NCBI RefSeq assembly: GCF_001194135.2
Contig: NC_068987.1
Coordinates: 99,817,622 to 99,881,621, forward strand
Direction: 5' to 3'
From: Octopus bimaculoides
Lineage: Eukaryota
Length of the DNA stretch: 64,000 bases
The position numbers and the translations under genes are program-made. Position 1 is the stretch's first letter; every line of letters begins with the position of its first letter. The notes under the pieces were generated by a model. The model made no database searches and was not told the origin of the DNA. It worked only from the letters and a program-made list of their open reading frames with translations. Below, in pieces: positions 37,531 through 52,322 of the stretch.

Positions 37531-39368
37531 GCATGACGAATTCTACGAGAGAAGCCCACAACACACAGGAACAAACGTATGAATTTTGCTAGTGGACTTA
37601 TAGTCAGCGGATTTAAATATAGCGGTAGATAATTGTTCCGCTAATGGTTTCCAAAGTCAGTGAAAACGTTAATCTGCTAAACGAAAACTTAGCTTCACTA
37701 ATTAGCTGTTACCTGATTAGCGGAACCGTGCCCACAGCAATTACATGTCATCAGGAATTATTTTCATGAGCTTACACACACAAAGATATTTAGCTTTGTA
37801 CTGGCCCAAACATTTACAAGGTTATGCTGAGTTCTAACAACTGATTATATGCACCTAAGAAAAATGAAAAAAAAATGCATATACAACCATATCAACTCTT
37901 TTAGAATACCGGAATGCGCAGCGTCACGTCCCTGGTCAGCCACGTTTGATGCTTAAAAGAGGAAGGAACGCCATAAATAATGAAATGGAAATTCTCTGAA
38001 TAACCGGGGGCTAATATAAAAGGAAGCGGGCGATGTAAGCTTTGCTTGGCTTAGTGGGCAAGAATTCTAAAGGAACTCGTTAGACCTGAGGAACTTTTTA
38101 AACACTAAGAACGTGGCATTCAGTTAAAACCCTCGTATAATGTCTTTCAGATTTGGAATTACCTGTTCGTTGAATAGTCGCACTAAAGATCCTTGAAATA
38201 CTACTATGACCAGAGCCGATATTAGGGGAATAACCCCGTGCCTTGTACACCGTCTTGCTACTCTGACGATTATTTTTTGTTTACACAGCCAACTGACCGT
38301 TATGTATTTCTTCCTCCAGTTTTAGATAGGTCCTGCACCTTCAGCCATTTGAGTCTGAGGCCTCAACTATACCAGAAAGCACCTTCTAGATGCGAAACTC
38401 TATGACCGACCATAAATTTAAAACTTCGTTATATNNNNNNNNNNNNNNNNNNNNNNNNNNNTATATATATGTATATATATATATGTATGTATGTATCTAT
38501 GTATGTATGTGTGTATGTATGTATATGTATATAGCGCAAAGGAATAGAGATTTTAAATGGGGCAAATATCTTACGAGCACTCTGATGAAACGCAGATTTG
38601 CTTACCCTTATGGAGTGATAAGAAACATTCATAATCGTTTAGAATTAAGCATTAAATTTTACTTCTTTCGAACGGCAAACACTGAGTTCTTGTCACATAG
38701 AATACACAATACAGTGCCAAGATTTTATAATGAAGAATGGAGAGTTTTACAACATTAAAATTTAATAAGAAACATTTTCTTCATATTACGCTCCAACACG
38801 TGTTTGTGAGGAAAAAGATTCTTAGGGTTCTTTGGTATAATACTTATCTGCAGTTAATCTATTTCATTCACATCAATCGTCGTACACGTTCTAATCCAAA
38901 GATTGACAATATCTGTACATATTTATTCGAGGTATATCCTGCACTATTAAGTGAAGCGAACTGAAATTACTGATAATAAATATTATTTCCTAAAATATAG
39001 ATTATTTGGTCTAAAGGTAGTGGAGACCGTAGTGAAATATTTGTCTATAGTTATAATTTCATTTTAACTTAGAATGATCTCTTTGGGTAGTAAGAAAGCA
39101 GATTACTATATTGCTCTTACTTATACAAGGGAAATCCCCTTGTATAAGTAATAAGTCAAGTTTTATTGACTGATTTTACTAAAACTGACATATCTAGTAT
39201 ATCAAAGGACTTTAAGGCAGTTAATCCACATGAACAAGCGTCGGAATATTATGCGAAAAACTATGTAATTTATGAAGTAACTTTTATTGATATATATCTC
39301 ACCATTCCTCATTACTATATACAAACACTCAGACACGCAGACACACACACAGACACAAATACGTATGT

Positions 39369-39414
<46 letters not shown>

Positions 39415-41351
39415 ATGCATACTAGCATACATCCTCTAATATGTTGTTTAGTCCGTGGGATTTAATCGAATGTCAAGCACGGAAATCGTTGAGTATTTCG
39501 TAGATCAGATGGTGTTATATCTTTTGGGCGTTACTTCGTTATCGTTACATAGTTTACTAAAATAATGGTGTATTTCGACCCGCATAGTCTTTCCTGGTAT
39601 GCACATCATTTAGTAGTCGTATTTTTGTATTGTCTTATTTATTTATTTGCTTTACCAATTCTGATGTTCTCTCTGGGATACCACGGAGTTAATTTTTGTG
39701 TCGGACTTGGAATTTTGAGTGTTCTCCTGTATTTAATTCTGACAAATTACGCTTTGCCGGAGAAAAGTATTTTGACACTTGTCCTATTTCTGTTATGATA
39801 GGCAACGTAAAAGGGACTATCTTTTTCTGCAGTAGCATGTAGATATCAGAATGATTTTTGAGTGTTTCCAGAATAATTCGATTTGAAATTTAATATCCAC
39901 ATCAGCATGGACTTTCCTTTACAGCAAACGCTAATCTGAAAGAAAATAAAAAGTATGACTTATTCAAGCTAACCAAGTTATAAGTAGAACTATCTACGCA
40001 GAACTTTAGATTTAAACTTAAAATTACTCTTCTACACTTTCTGTCAAATGAATCTTGAAGTTCTTTTCTTTAAGTTGTAAATATATTCTCGCAAATATTC
40101 ATTAAAAAGAAAGCATTTCAAAACAAATAAGTCACCAGCATCATCCATTTTCGATATGTTATATTAGATGATATAATATAATATGATTGCAAGAGGTGTT
40201 GTACTATTTGTATTAAATAATCTAATGAGATAGCAATATATATATTTCATTTTAGCGTGCCAAAGTTAGAAAAGCATATTTGGTTCATATCTATGCAAAC
40301 TAGAGTGTGTCGCTGTGTTTGTATATATGTGTATATATACATACGTATGCATATGTGTGTGTGTGTTTGCGCATGTATACGCCAATGTGATTTCGCATAT
40401 TTTCTTAATCTTACGTATTGTTACATACGGATTTCGTTTCCGGTATCCATTGCATTAAGTAAATCTGATAGTGTACAGATAACTCGTGTATTCGCAGAAG
40501 GTGCGGAATTCCCCACTGACATAAACTATAGATATCTATATTATTAAAATGTATATAACCTGCAGGTAGTGTGATGGCTTGTACGATATATTGTTTGACA
40601 GCGAATAATACAAGTGGACCCAAGCAACCTCTCTCTTGACGTTTGGCTGCTCTATAGATCTGATTAACAATGAAATAGTTGCAAGCAAAATGATCGATAC
40701 ATAACTTGAAATATTTATGAACTGAAATACTTCCATATTTGCACGAACTAATACTTGAAATATATCTGTAATGGAATAGCTGCTATAATATAATGCTTAA
40801 CTTAATGGTTGGGTTACGAAGGTGCGTAATTTCATGTTCGATATATGAATCTAAGCCCGTTTGAACTTACTTCTCTTCCATTCGGCGTCATGTAAACTTT
40901 GTTCCAAACCTGTCCACAAATTGATTCACTCTCCTAAATTATTTCCCTGCCCCTTGGGCGTGTTTTCCTAAACACTTACTAAACAGCTGAGCTACATATC
41001 AACTAGACATGAATTCCATATATCAATATCAGCTGGAATAATAATCGAAATTGATAATTTATATTTTGAACGAAGAAACAAAAGACGCTTATAGCTATGT
41101 GTACTCATACACACTCGTACGCAGGCACGAAAACGCACACAGACACACAGAGAGACATACACACAAACATACACACACAACACACACATGTATAAAGTAC
41201 CGTATTATACATATATATAAATAAAAAAATATAGATACATTTTTAGAGAGACAGACCGACAAACACACAGGTAGGTAGATAGCTAGCTACGTAGACGGCT
41301 AGATAGATAGATAGGTAGATAAAAGGATGAAGTACTTACATACAACATATA

Positions 41352-41389
<38 letters not shown>

Positions 41390-42621
41390 NNNNNNNNNNN
41401 NNNNNNNNNNNNNNNNNNNNNNNNNNNNNNNNNNNNNNNNNNNNNNNNNNNNNNNNNNNNNNNNNNNNNNNNNNNNNNNNNNNNNNNNNNNNNNNNNNNN
41501 NNNNNNNNNNNNNNNNNNNNNNNNNNNNNNNNNNNNNNNNNNNNNNNNNNNNNNNNNNNNNNNNNNNNNNNNNNNNNNNNNNNNNNNNNNNNNNNNNNNN
41601 NNNNNNNNNNNNNNNNNNNNNNNNNNNNNNNNNNNNNNNNNNNNNNNNNNNNNNNNNNNNNNNNNNNNNNNNNNNNNNNNNNNNNNNNNNNNNNNNNNNN
41701 NNNNNNNNNNNNNNNNNNNNNNNNNNNNNNNNNNNNNNNNNNNNNNNNNNNNNNNNNNNNNNNNNNNNNNNNNNNNNNNNNNNNNNNNNNNNNNNNNNNN
41801 NNNNNNNNNNNNNNNNNNNNNNNNNNNNNNNNNNNNNNNNNNNNNNNNNNNNNNNNNNNNNNNNNNNNNNNNNNNNNNNNNNNNNNNNNNNNNNNNNNNN
41901 NNNNNNNNNNNNNNNNNNNNNNNNNNNNNNNNNNNNNNNNNNNNNNNNNNNNNNNNNNNNNNNNNNNNNNNNNNNNNNNNNNNNNNNNNNNNNNNNNNNN
42001 NNNNNNNNNNNNNNNNNNNNNNNNNNNNNNNNNNNNNNNNNNNNNNNNNNNNNNNNNNNNNNNNNNNNNNNNNNNNNNNNNNNNNNNNNNNNNNNNNNNN
42101 NNNNNNNNNNNNNNNNNNNNNNNNNNNNNNNNNNNNNNNNNNNNNNNNNNNNNNNNNNNNNNNNNNNNNNNNNNNNNNNNNNNNNNNNNNNNNNNNNNNN
42201 NNNNNNNNNNNNNNNNNNNNNNNNNNNNNNNNNNTATATATAGTATTACATTTATATATATATGTATATCATATATATAATATATAATTATCCATTACCT
42301 CACGTTTATTTGAAGTAGTTTCTATACGTTCAATGCTTTACAGTTTTTCTCACTACTAACAAAAAAAATCTATTTCTCTATTTATCTATATATGACATCT
42401 ATATGTATACATATTTCTTTTTGTCTTTCTTTCTTCTGTTCTTTCTTTTTTTTCTTTCTTCCTTTCTTTATATCTACCTACCTACCTATCTTTCTTTCTG
42501 TCTATCTACTTACATATCAGTCACTGTAAATATGTCTTATATTAGTGTGGGCGTGGTGTCAGTGTGTTTGTATCTGTATGTGTTGTGTGTGTCTGTGCGT
42601 GCGTATGCATCTGTGTGTGTG

Positions 42622-42656
<35 letters not shown>

Positions 42657-43647
42657 GTTTGTGTGTAAGCATCTTGTATACGTGCATGTGTGTTGGCATA
42701 ATAATTCGAACAGTTAAAACCCTTCCCATAAAACATTTTCTACCTGTCAAAATGTCCTGATGGACATCAAGATATATGGTATAATAGGAATTATAGAAAA
42801 TCTGCTCTTTCATTGGAAGCAGCTATAATAGTTTGTTCATCTAATAATGTAGATATATGTATAATCTTTCTTTTTTGAGGCTCTTTTCAAAGGATATATG
42901 CAACAAGTTGGGAAAACTGCTTATATTATATACCTGAACACACTATTATTATCTATTCTCTTCTCGGCTAAATGTGTTGTCAGATGTTCCTTTTAGAATA
43001 TAAAATACATTGAAATAAACACAGGGCTATTTAAAAACCGGGAAATGTATTCTGAAAAGTGTTACAATATTTTGTAGGCTATGATATTACTTCAGAGAAA
43101 GGCGGAAATTGTTCTTTTCATAAACCAAATTTCAAAGGATTTGTTCATATATTTCAACGAGATACATTTATCATATCTGTGTCCCTTTTCTTTTTATGAG
43201 GTACACATTATAAGGAAAGTGTACGAAGATGCTCGAAAATGGAGATACCATTGTAATATGACAGACTTTTTTTAAGTAGTCTTCAATTAGGTTATGTAAT
43301 ATATCAGAAATTCATTCATAGTCTTTATAAATACGTTAAGGTATTTTTCATTAATGATAAAACCTTCGACGCCTCCGGAAATGTTTACAATCAATTTATC
43401 TTATTTCGTTCTTTCAGCTTAGAAAAAAAAAAAAGAAACAAACACACATACACACACAACTTATACCTTTCGTTCACAAACATTAAACTTAGAATAAAAT
43501 TTACAATCAAATGTGGACGAATTTCTCTGCGGAGATATGTATAATTATATGAAAATACTGCTGCAGAGAATTTGTAACAATGTTTGTATGCATACGTATA
43601 TATGCATGTATGTATCCATATAATTGTACATATCAGAACTACATTTG

Positions 43648-43705
<58 letters not shown>

Positions 43706-44596
43706 TCCATGTATATGTGATATGTGTGTGTGCGCGCAATTGTGTGCGTACGTATATATGTATACTTAAGCTGACCCCAAACAAGCTACACTTACTTTAC
43801 AATATAAGCGCACATGTGTAATTTGGATTATGTATCCAAATTTTAAAACAATGTAAAAATGTGAATACTAAAGATAGGATTTGTCGAGCTTTGGATGTGA
43901 TCGGTAACTAAGATGCTTTGTGGTATTGAATGTAGTTCTTGCCGTGTCAGATGTGATAAACATCAAAATACGCGTAATACATGGCACTCGTTCTGTTCTA
44001 GTATATGGAGATGTAAAGAAAAGTTTCCTGTCCCAACTTCCAAATATTCAATGTTTGGGAATTGCAGATTACGCTGCTATGATAGCGACAGGTAACAAAC
44101 AATTTACCAATTCTATCATTAAAAAGACGTCTGCACAATCACAACAGCATGCTCAAGTAGCAGTGGTATCATAGTAAAATTAGATGAAGGAACCTTTCGA
44201 CGAACAGCGAAACGATGTTTTGTACTTGATATGTTCCCACAAAAAGTGATTCTGTCATAAAGATAAGTCCACATATCTCTTCAAAGCTTTAAATGCAAGA
44301 TTGCTGCCAGCTTCAGCGTTTCTCTTTGTTCACAATACAATCTTAATAATGTTAAATTTGGGTTCTGCTTCCAAAGGTTTAGACTAGGAACAACAAATAT
44401 TAAAGAGCCGTGGCAGTACTCAAAACACAAACAGCGTTACTTTTATTTTTAAGTGGTCAATGCAATCAGTAACTGTCATCCAGTTTCAAATAGAACAACA
44501 TTCATCAAAATGTGGGAAATTAATCACCGATCATTATATGCGGGGAAATAATCGTGACGATTTAGTTTTGTTTAGGCAATAATTCAATAAATTACC

Positions 44597-44790
44597 TATT
44601 TTGTTTCAGTTATGTAACGCAATGTCCGTGTTTGCATTTGTGTAATACTTTCGTTCGCGAAATGTTTTCATCATTAGCTTCGTACGAATCAAGTCCAGAC
44701 TCTTCCAACACACTGTTTACATTAGACGGAAAATTTAACAGTAGGATGATGCAAGTAAAAAAATATCGTTGAATATTTTTGTATATTATT

Positions 44791-44885
<95 letters not shown>

Positions 44886-45033
44886 CAAACACATAGACAT
44901 ATACATTCATACATACGTTCAAACACAATATAAGTTTGTACGTATGCATATGTTCATGTGTTTGTGAGAGAGAGAANNNNNNNNNNTCAAACACAATATA
45001 AGTTTGTACGTATGCATATGTTCATGTGTTTGT

Positions 45034-45081
<48 letters not shown>

Positions 45082-45281
45082 AAAAATATACAAAAACATT
45101 CAACGATTTTTTTTTACTTGCATCCTAGTGTTAAATCCTCCATTTAATGTAAACAGTGTGTGGGAAGAGTTTGGGCTTCATTCGTATGAAGCTAATGACG
45201 AAAACAATTCGCGAACATAACGAAAGTGTGACGCTTGCAAATGCAAACACGGACATTGCATTATATAACTGAATCAAAATA
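44597..45281. repeat. Long near-palindrome (fold-back) with mirrored (CT)n/(AG)n inside the arms
   Basis: 44597-44790 is the reverse complement of 45079-45281, and pairing continues inward to a 9-nt spacer (CAAAC-ACAATATAA-GTTTG). Confidence 0.85.
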
Positions 45282-47762
45282 CACACTCACACACAAACAT
45301 GTTAGTCTTATGTTATGCTTAATCGTACCTCAGACTCAAATGTGATACAGCTGAATTCAAACCTGAACATTATGACTTTTTGGTGTGTCTGGGAATATAT
45401 TATGTAACGGGCTGTTATTTATTTATTTATTTTTATTTATTCATTTATTTTGTCATATGGTGCAATCGATGCGTTTGCATAGATGTTCCCTCGTATGAGG
45501 TGAAACATGAGTGAATTGAATAGTATAGAGTTTCAATTGAAGATATTCCAAGTAAATTTGTTAGTGATAGAATAGAGATTCCATAGTCTCTAGATTGTGC
45601 TGTTGTATGTCTTGAAAATTGGGAAAATTGTAGTATATCAGCGTTTTGGTGGCAATGAAAATATCAGTTTACGCAAGTTGTTGATAAGACTAAATGGACA
45701 TTCTTTTTAAATTTAAGCAGCAATGTTATCGCACCAAACCTTATGCCAGTCTCAGGCGAGGAGAATCACATTAGTAATTCCCTTTCTTATGGCAAATGGT
45801 TGAGATTTAAACCCATATTCTAATATTAAGATTTCCTAAGTGACATAACATCTAAGCAATTTTTTGGAAAATGTTTAATCGATATCATCAATACCTTATT
45901 GATGACAAAGAACGCTTACATGATGTTAGGCTGACAAAGAACTTCTGAGTCCCTCTTACTACTTTTACTGAAACAGATAGTGAAAAGTAACATAATTTGC
46001 ATGAATTCGAACTGTTTGGAGACCCACTTGGAAGATTGATTATTGTCAATGAGTATACACTATTTAGAATATCTCTCGTAGGTGTATTAGTTCAACCCTT
46101 GGATTAGCAAACCTTTCATGTTATTCACGTGTATCTCTTATTTCATTTCATCTACGTTCCTCCTCATAATATTTTCATATGAATGTTCAAGAATTGTTTT
46201 GTATTACTCTGCATGTATCTCACTATGTTGTCTTATTCAATCCAGTTTCTCACACTAATTCTGATTAAATTTCTGCAGAGGCATTTCCAATACGGGATCG
46301 TCAGAACCAAATGAGTTTCCAGGCTTCCATTTTCACTTTACAATGATTATTTACTTCATACAGTAAACAATTCAAAGAGACGAACGCACTAAATGGACCA
46401 CCTGCTCCTCTTGCATGTCCGCATAAATATATGCTCATAGACAAACATGTGCACATAGATGTGTCAAAGAGAAAATGAGTTCAAATACGGGAAAGAAAAT
46501 GAGAAAGAGAGGGAATGAAAGCACTTCAGAAATGTTATGAGGCTATTTATGAAAAACTTTCACTGTGTCTAGTTAGAAAATGGACTCTGATTCGCACTCA
46601 TATTTAAAATAAATGCACAGAAATTTATTAACACAAAAAGGATACGACTTACAGAGGTAAAACAATTAAGTGAGATAACATAACGGAATGTTTAATATAA
46701 TTAATGTAACTGAATGTTAATTGAATTTTCCCACAATGTATATTTAGTTAGTTGGAGGTTCTCATTTTTCTGCGACAAAAAAAAAAAATGTAAGAAAAAC
46801 GATCTGGTTCTTTTTATACTGTTTTTGTTAATATTTCTTCTTTTTTCGAAAATGTCCAAGACTAACCGGTAGGATGTCTGGTGTTTTGGCTAACATACAA
46901 TGAGTAATATATACTCCAAAAATGTATTTATGCCAACTAATGTTCAATTGTGTACACTTAAATATATACTTAACCGATGAAACTTTAACACAACACCTAA
47001 GCTAATCCCAAGCTGCAACTCGCATTTAAATTAATGATTTCAATATTACTTATTTGTTTACTCATAATAATTCTTTTCTGCCTGGTAATTATTTTTCTTA
47101 GCTTCCTAATAATCTACGCATTAACTACGTTACCGAAACTTCAAATTCTATATAATCACTTAATAGACAAGTAGATGCAAGTATACATGCTGTAGCCTGC
47201 CGAAAATATCTAATTTATTATAATTATGATTTTACATTCAAGTACAAATGACTTTCTATATAGCTGCCATTGCTCCAATGAGTCGGTAGGAAGAGCTCGA
47301 ATTTCAACAAATGAAGTGAAAGTTCATGTAATAGGAGGTGAACAGGAATAGAAAGGAACTTTAGAGGTATTTGAAATGGTTGGCACATCCCCTGCAAGGG
47401 TGATATTGTCGATATGTTTACAATACATTTCGACTCATCATGTTGGTGTATTATTTCAACCCGCGGATCAGCAACTATCCAACAAATTTATCAGTAAAGA
47501 TATTCCAGACGTCATTCCCACCCCTCTTTTGTCCAAACATTGGATCGCATCGACTAAAATGTCTTTGGCCTTTTGAAAGAAAGCGACATGTTCTGAGTGA
47601 GAAATGGCTGTTACATGTTACATGTATCAAAGGCGTAGGGGATCTCACGTTCATTCACTCTAGACAAGTAAGAAACCATGGATCCCAATAAATATTTTTT
47701 TGCTGTACATACGAAAACATATGCAGACATACACGTATGCAAATATATTCACACATACGTTC

Positions 47763-47872
<110 letters not shown>

Positions 47873-47925
47873 GCATGCATACATACGGACATACATACGT
47901 ACATACATGGGAATGTAGATATATA

Positions 47926-48803
47926 TTTGTTCCTAAACATACGCATAATAATAGCCTCCCGCATATCCTGACGGACTGTAACATTTTCCCCGCACTGACA
48001 CAGAAACTATTGAAGGTGCCGAAGCAGACCGGTGTTTTTGCCGGCTTTGGTGATTTCTGAGAGGATGCCGTCTTTTCCCGGACCCTTGCCACTGGCCAGG
48101 GAGTCAATAGCCTTGGTGAGCTCTGCTATAGACGGCAGACTGTCAAGTTCGCACATGGCTGGCAAGATCTTCACTCCCTCAATTATGACCTCAGCGACTG
48201 TGTTCTCCAGTGAGTAGAGATGCTGGTAGTACTCCACCCATCCATTCATTTGCTTGCTTTGGTCTTTCATGAGATCTCCAAGAGTTGATTTCAGAGAGGC
48301 TGACTTGGTTGCAGATGGACCGAGGGCCTTCTTCAAACCGGCATACATCCCATGGGTGTCGCCATTGTCAGCTGCTGACGGGATACTCTGACAGATGTCC
48401 TGCCAATGGCTATTTACACAGTGTCTGGCATTCAGTTGTCTTTTATTTCTTGCCCTTCTGAGTTTTTCGAGTGACTTTGTGAAAGATTCGCTCTTGTATT
48501 GCATCAGGACTGTGCACTTTGTTTCGATAACTGGTTCCAGCTCTGAGAGCCCAGCACCGAACCAATCTGGGTTTTGCCTTTCACTCATGCCGAAAGTATC
48601 TATTGATGTGGTATACAAAGCTTCCCTGATGTAATTCCACCTACTTTCAGCAGAGGAGGATGGGCAGCTACTGAGGACAACCTTGATAGAAACAGCATTT
48701 TTGCAGTGTAGGGTTCGAGGTTCTGGCAGTGTTAATGCGTGGTCGGCCCATTTTCTTGGAGTGATGGACTATTTTTTAGGCAGAATCCTCACCCTGCTTC
48801 TTA
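47926..48803 (-). mobile_element. RTE-clade LINE, inverted 5' segment (EN-RT linker)
   Basis: RWNYIREA...ERQNPDWF...IDSLASGKGPGKDGI...[15 protein letters not shown]. Confidence 0.9.
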
Positions 48804-48805
48804 TT

Positions 48806-50384
48806 ACTGACCGTGGCGATTGTAAAAATTACCGTGGAATATTTCTTCTCAGCACTGTTGGAAAGACCTTTGCTCGTGTTATCCTGTCCAGGCTACAACT
48901 GCTTGTTTCTCGAATTTATACTGAATCGCAGTGTGGCTTTAGAAGAAGCAGATCAGCTATTGACATGATATTCTCCATACGCCAACTTCAGAAGAAGTCC
49001 AGAGAGCAGAAAATGCCATTATATATGGCTTTCATTGATCTGAAAAAGGCCTTTGACTTGGTAAGGCCTCTTCATCCTGCTTCAAAAAATTGGATGCCCA
49101 CCAAAGCTGCTAAGGATCATCAAATCTTTCCATGATGTTATGAAAGGGTGCATACAGCACAATAGTTCAACATCAGCCGCCTTCCAAATAAAAACAAAAC
49201 AGGGTAAAGCAAGGCTGTGTCCTTGCTCCTACATTATTTGGCATCTTCTCGCTGCTGATGTCATACGAATTTGAGATATCCGATGATGGAGTGTTTCGGC
49301 ACAGTAGACGTGACGGGAAACTGTTCAATCTCTCGGGTCTGCGTACCAAGACTGAAATGAGAAACGTCCTGATCAAGGAAATGCTCATTGCTAGATGTGC
49401 CGCTCTTCTATCACACACAGAAGAAGCCCTGCAAAGGCTCAGCAACTGCTTTGAGCAAGCATGTAGCGACTTTGGCTTAGTTATCAGCCTCAAGAAGACT
49501 AACAGCATCGGTCAGGCTACATCGGATATCCCAAATATACATATTGGAGACGACAGACTACAGGAGGTAGAGAAGTTTACCTATCTTGACTTTATCGTCA
49601 CCTATAACCTATCCCTTGATGCCGAGCTCAATATACCCATGGGTAAGGCAGCACCAAACGACCATGGGACAACAATAAGTTGACCAAGACCACAATAATG
49701 AAAATTTACCAGGCATGTGTACTTAGCACTCTACTGTACGGCAGTGAGACCTGGACGCCATACACACGCCAAGAGCTTCGCATAAATATAATTCACCTGC
49801 GATGCCATCGGAAAATCCTTAGCATTAAATGGCAGAATCATATCCCCAACAGATATGTCCTCAAGCAAGCAGGAATACTAAGCATGTTTGCACTCCTCAC
49901 ACAAAGACGCATGAAATGGCTTGGACATGTTAGTTGTATGGAAGATGGCAGAATCCCCAATGACATACACTATGGAGAACTTGCTAGGGGGCACTAGGTA
50001 TGTTAGAAGACCGTTCTTACGATACAAGGCTGTTTGCAAAAGGGACATGAAAGCTTGCGACATCAATATTAGCAACTGGGAAGCGGTTGCCAGCAACCGT
50101 GGATATTGACGACGCACCATAGACGAGGGAACACAAACGAGTGACAGAGGGAGAGAGGAGAAATGGAAAGACAAGAAAAGATGTCAACATGAACCTATGG
50201 AATTTCAACCAGCCAAGCAAAGACTTCGCTAGATTTGCGGCACCTGCCACAGGGAGTGCCTGCCCAAGATAGGACTACATAGCCACAGATGATGTATTAG
50301 GACATGAAATGTAAAAACCGGACTATATTAGTTTATGCGCATCTCCATTGTCTCCCGAGACAAAAAGGATGACAACAACAACAA
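48806..50384 (+). mobile_element. RTE-clade LINE, RT to 3' end with (CAA)n tail
   Basis: DRGDCKNYRGIFLLSTVGK, SQCGFR, FIDLKKAFD, VKQGCVLAP, LLYGSETW and WLGHVSCMED with frameshifts; tail GACAACAACAACAA. Confidence 0.92.
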
Positions 50385-51017
50385 ATATAAGCATAAAAAC
50401 AAATATACACACGCGCGTGAATACGTAAACATACAGATAGAGACAGGGAAAGAGATGGAGACACTGAAAGAGAATGGGAAAGCCAGATACAGGCAATGGC
50501 AAATAGGCAAAGAGTGAGAGAGAGAAAGTGTGGGTTTATTTGGCAGAACAGGATAGGAAATCACCAAAATATATTTATCTAAATAGAAAGTAGATAAAAT
50601 CATTTCGTGTGAACTTTTCTTTTACAATCCATAAATAAATAACCAATAATAAGAATACTAGCATGCTATGCCAACACTCTTATATATGTAAAATAATCCC
50701 ATGCCTTCTGTAGTAACTTATAAAATTAAATTTTTATTTTGATGCATCATATGAGGAAGTTTTACAGTGTCAACATTTCGAGAATTATAAAATGTAATTG
50801 ATGTATTCTTGGTATTTCGCTTGGAGACTAGTAAATAAATGCGTTCAAACACAACGTTTCACTATTAAACAAATGTATGTTTTCATTCAAATGTTGAAAA
50901 CTAGTCACATAATGAGAGCAATAATATGATAATTCTATAGAATTTTATTTTAAAAATGCCTTTGAGTATGTTAATGTTTCGGAAATTACATTTAATATAT
51001 TCCAATGGAAGCTGAAA

Positions 51018-51215
51018 TGTTAGCCCACTGGTCGAAATGCTTAGCAGTACTTCGTTTGTCTTTACCTTCTGAGTTCAATTTCCGCCGAGGTCGACACTGT
51101 CTTTCATCTTTTCACGGTCGATAAATTAAGGACCAGTTGCGCACTGGTGTCGATCTAATCGACTGGCCCTCCTCCCCCAAAATTTCGGGCTTTTTGCCTA
51201 GAGCAGAAAAGAATG
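51018..51215 (+). mobile_element. SINE family A
   Basis: CGAAATGCTTAGCAG...GAGTTCAATTTCCGCCGAGGTCGAC...GTCGATCTAATCGACTGG. Confidence 0.85.
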
Positions 51216-52322
51216 TACGGTGGGTCTAGTCTATATTTAAATTGAAGCGGGGTGAGAATATCTAGAATGCAGCTGTTACGAAATATTCTGAGGCACACAG
51301 GAGAATCTGTATATATAGACATTCGGGCCAGATTTGACATTTCATGTGTCATTTTGAACCAGGAATACCATGGTGTACTCGGAATAGCTCGATGTACAAT
51401 TAAGAGCGTTGAAGAGCATAAAAATTAGTGTTGCAGTTACATGACATGGAATAAATGAAGCTATCGTAATATTAGAAAAGTGTTCCCGATACAATGATGT
51501 TCGCGCCGGCTATCAAATTGCCGTTTTGAGATCGTGGTGGCAAATGATGGTGGATATTTGGGTAACCTCTTATCTCCCAGCGTTCATGGGAGATGATATA
51601 TTTTGAATAAATTTAATAACTTTACCTTTGGATGAGATGCTACCTTTTCATTTTCTGTTATTCAAACAGTCAAAATTAGTGCTAATACACTGTATACACC
51701 GTCACACACAACAGACAGCGTTTTCTATCAACAGATTAATTGTGTATATANNNNNNNNNNNNNNNNNNNNNNNNNNNNNNNNNNNNNNNNNNNNNNNNNN
51801 NNNNNNNNNNNNNNNNNNNNNNNNNNNNNNNNNNNNNNNNNNNNNNNNNNNNNNNNNNNNNNNNNNNNNNNNNNNNNNNNNNNNNNNNNNNNNNNNNNNN
51901 NNNNNNNNNNNNNNNNNNNNNNNNNNNNNNNNNNNNNNNNNNNNNNNNNNNNNNNNNNNNNNNNNNNNNNNNNNNNNNNNNNNNNNNNNNNNNNNNNNNN
52001 NNNNNNNNNNNNNNNNNNNNNNNNNNNNNNNNNNNNNNNNNNNNNNNNNNNNNNNNNNNNNNNNNNNNNNNNNNNNNNNNNNNNNNNNNNNNNNNNNNNN
52101 NNNNNNNNNNNNNNNNNNNNNNNNNNNNNNNNNNNNNNNNNNNNNNNNNNNNNNNNNNNNNNNNNNNNNNNNNNNNNNNNNNNNNNNNNNNNNNNNNNNN
52201 NNNNNNNNNNNNNNNNNNNNNNNNNNNNNNNNNNNNNNNNNNNNNNNNNNNNNNNNNNNNNNNNNNNNNNNNNNNNNNNNNNNNNNNNNNNNNNNNNNNN
52301 NNNNNNNNNNNNNNNNNNNNNG

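Noticed and set aside
37900-38040. CRE-like CGTCACG and TATAAAAG promoter-like motifs
   Set aside because: Such motifs are expected by chance, and no downstream exon was found.
39850-39955. Strong minus-strand acceptor TTTTTATTTTCTTTCAG
   Set aside because: All three frames close within 30 codons and there is no convincing donor.
43880-44420. Semi-open frames (GIADYAAMIATG)
   Set aside because: Only vague RT-like resemblance; cannot be assigned.
44919-45044. 58-bp direct duplication flanking a 10-N gap
   Set aside because: Typical unresolved contig overlap at a microsatellite, so an assembly artefact.
46270-46312. CTGACGA...GGAAA on the minus strand
   Set aside because: No consistent helix II closure or helix I pairing.
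47226-47576. About 117 codons with one stop on the plus strand
   Set aside because: No recognisable domain or splice support; may be the antisense shadow of an old retroelement.
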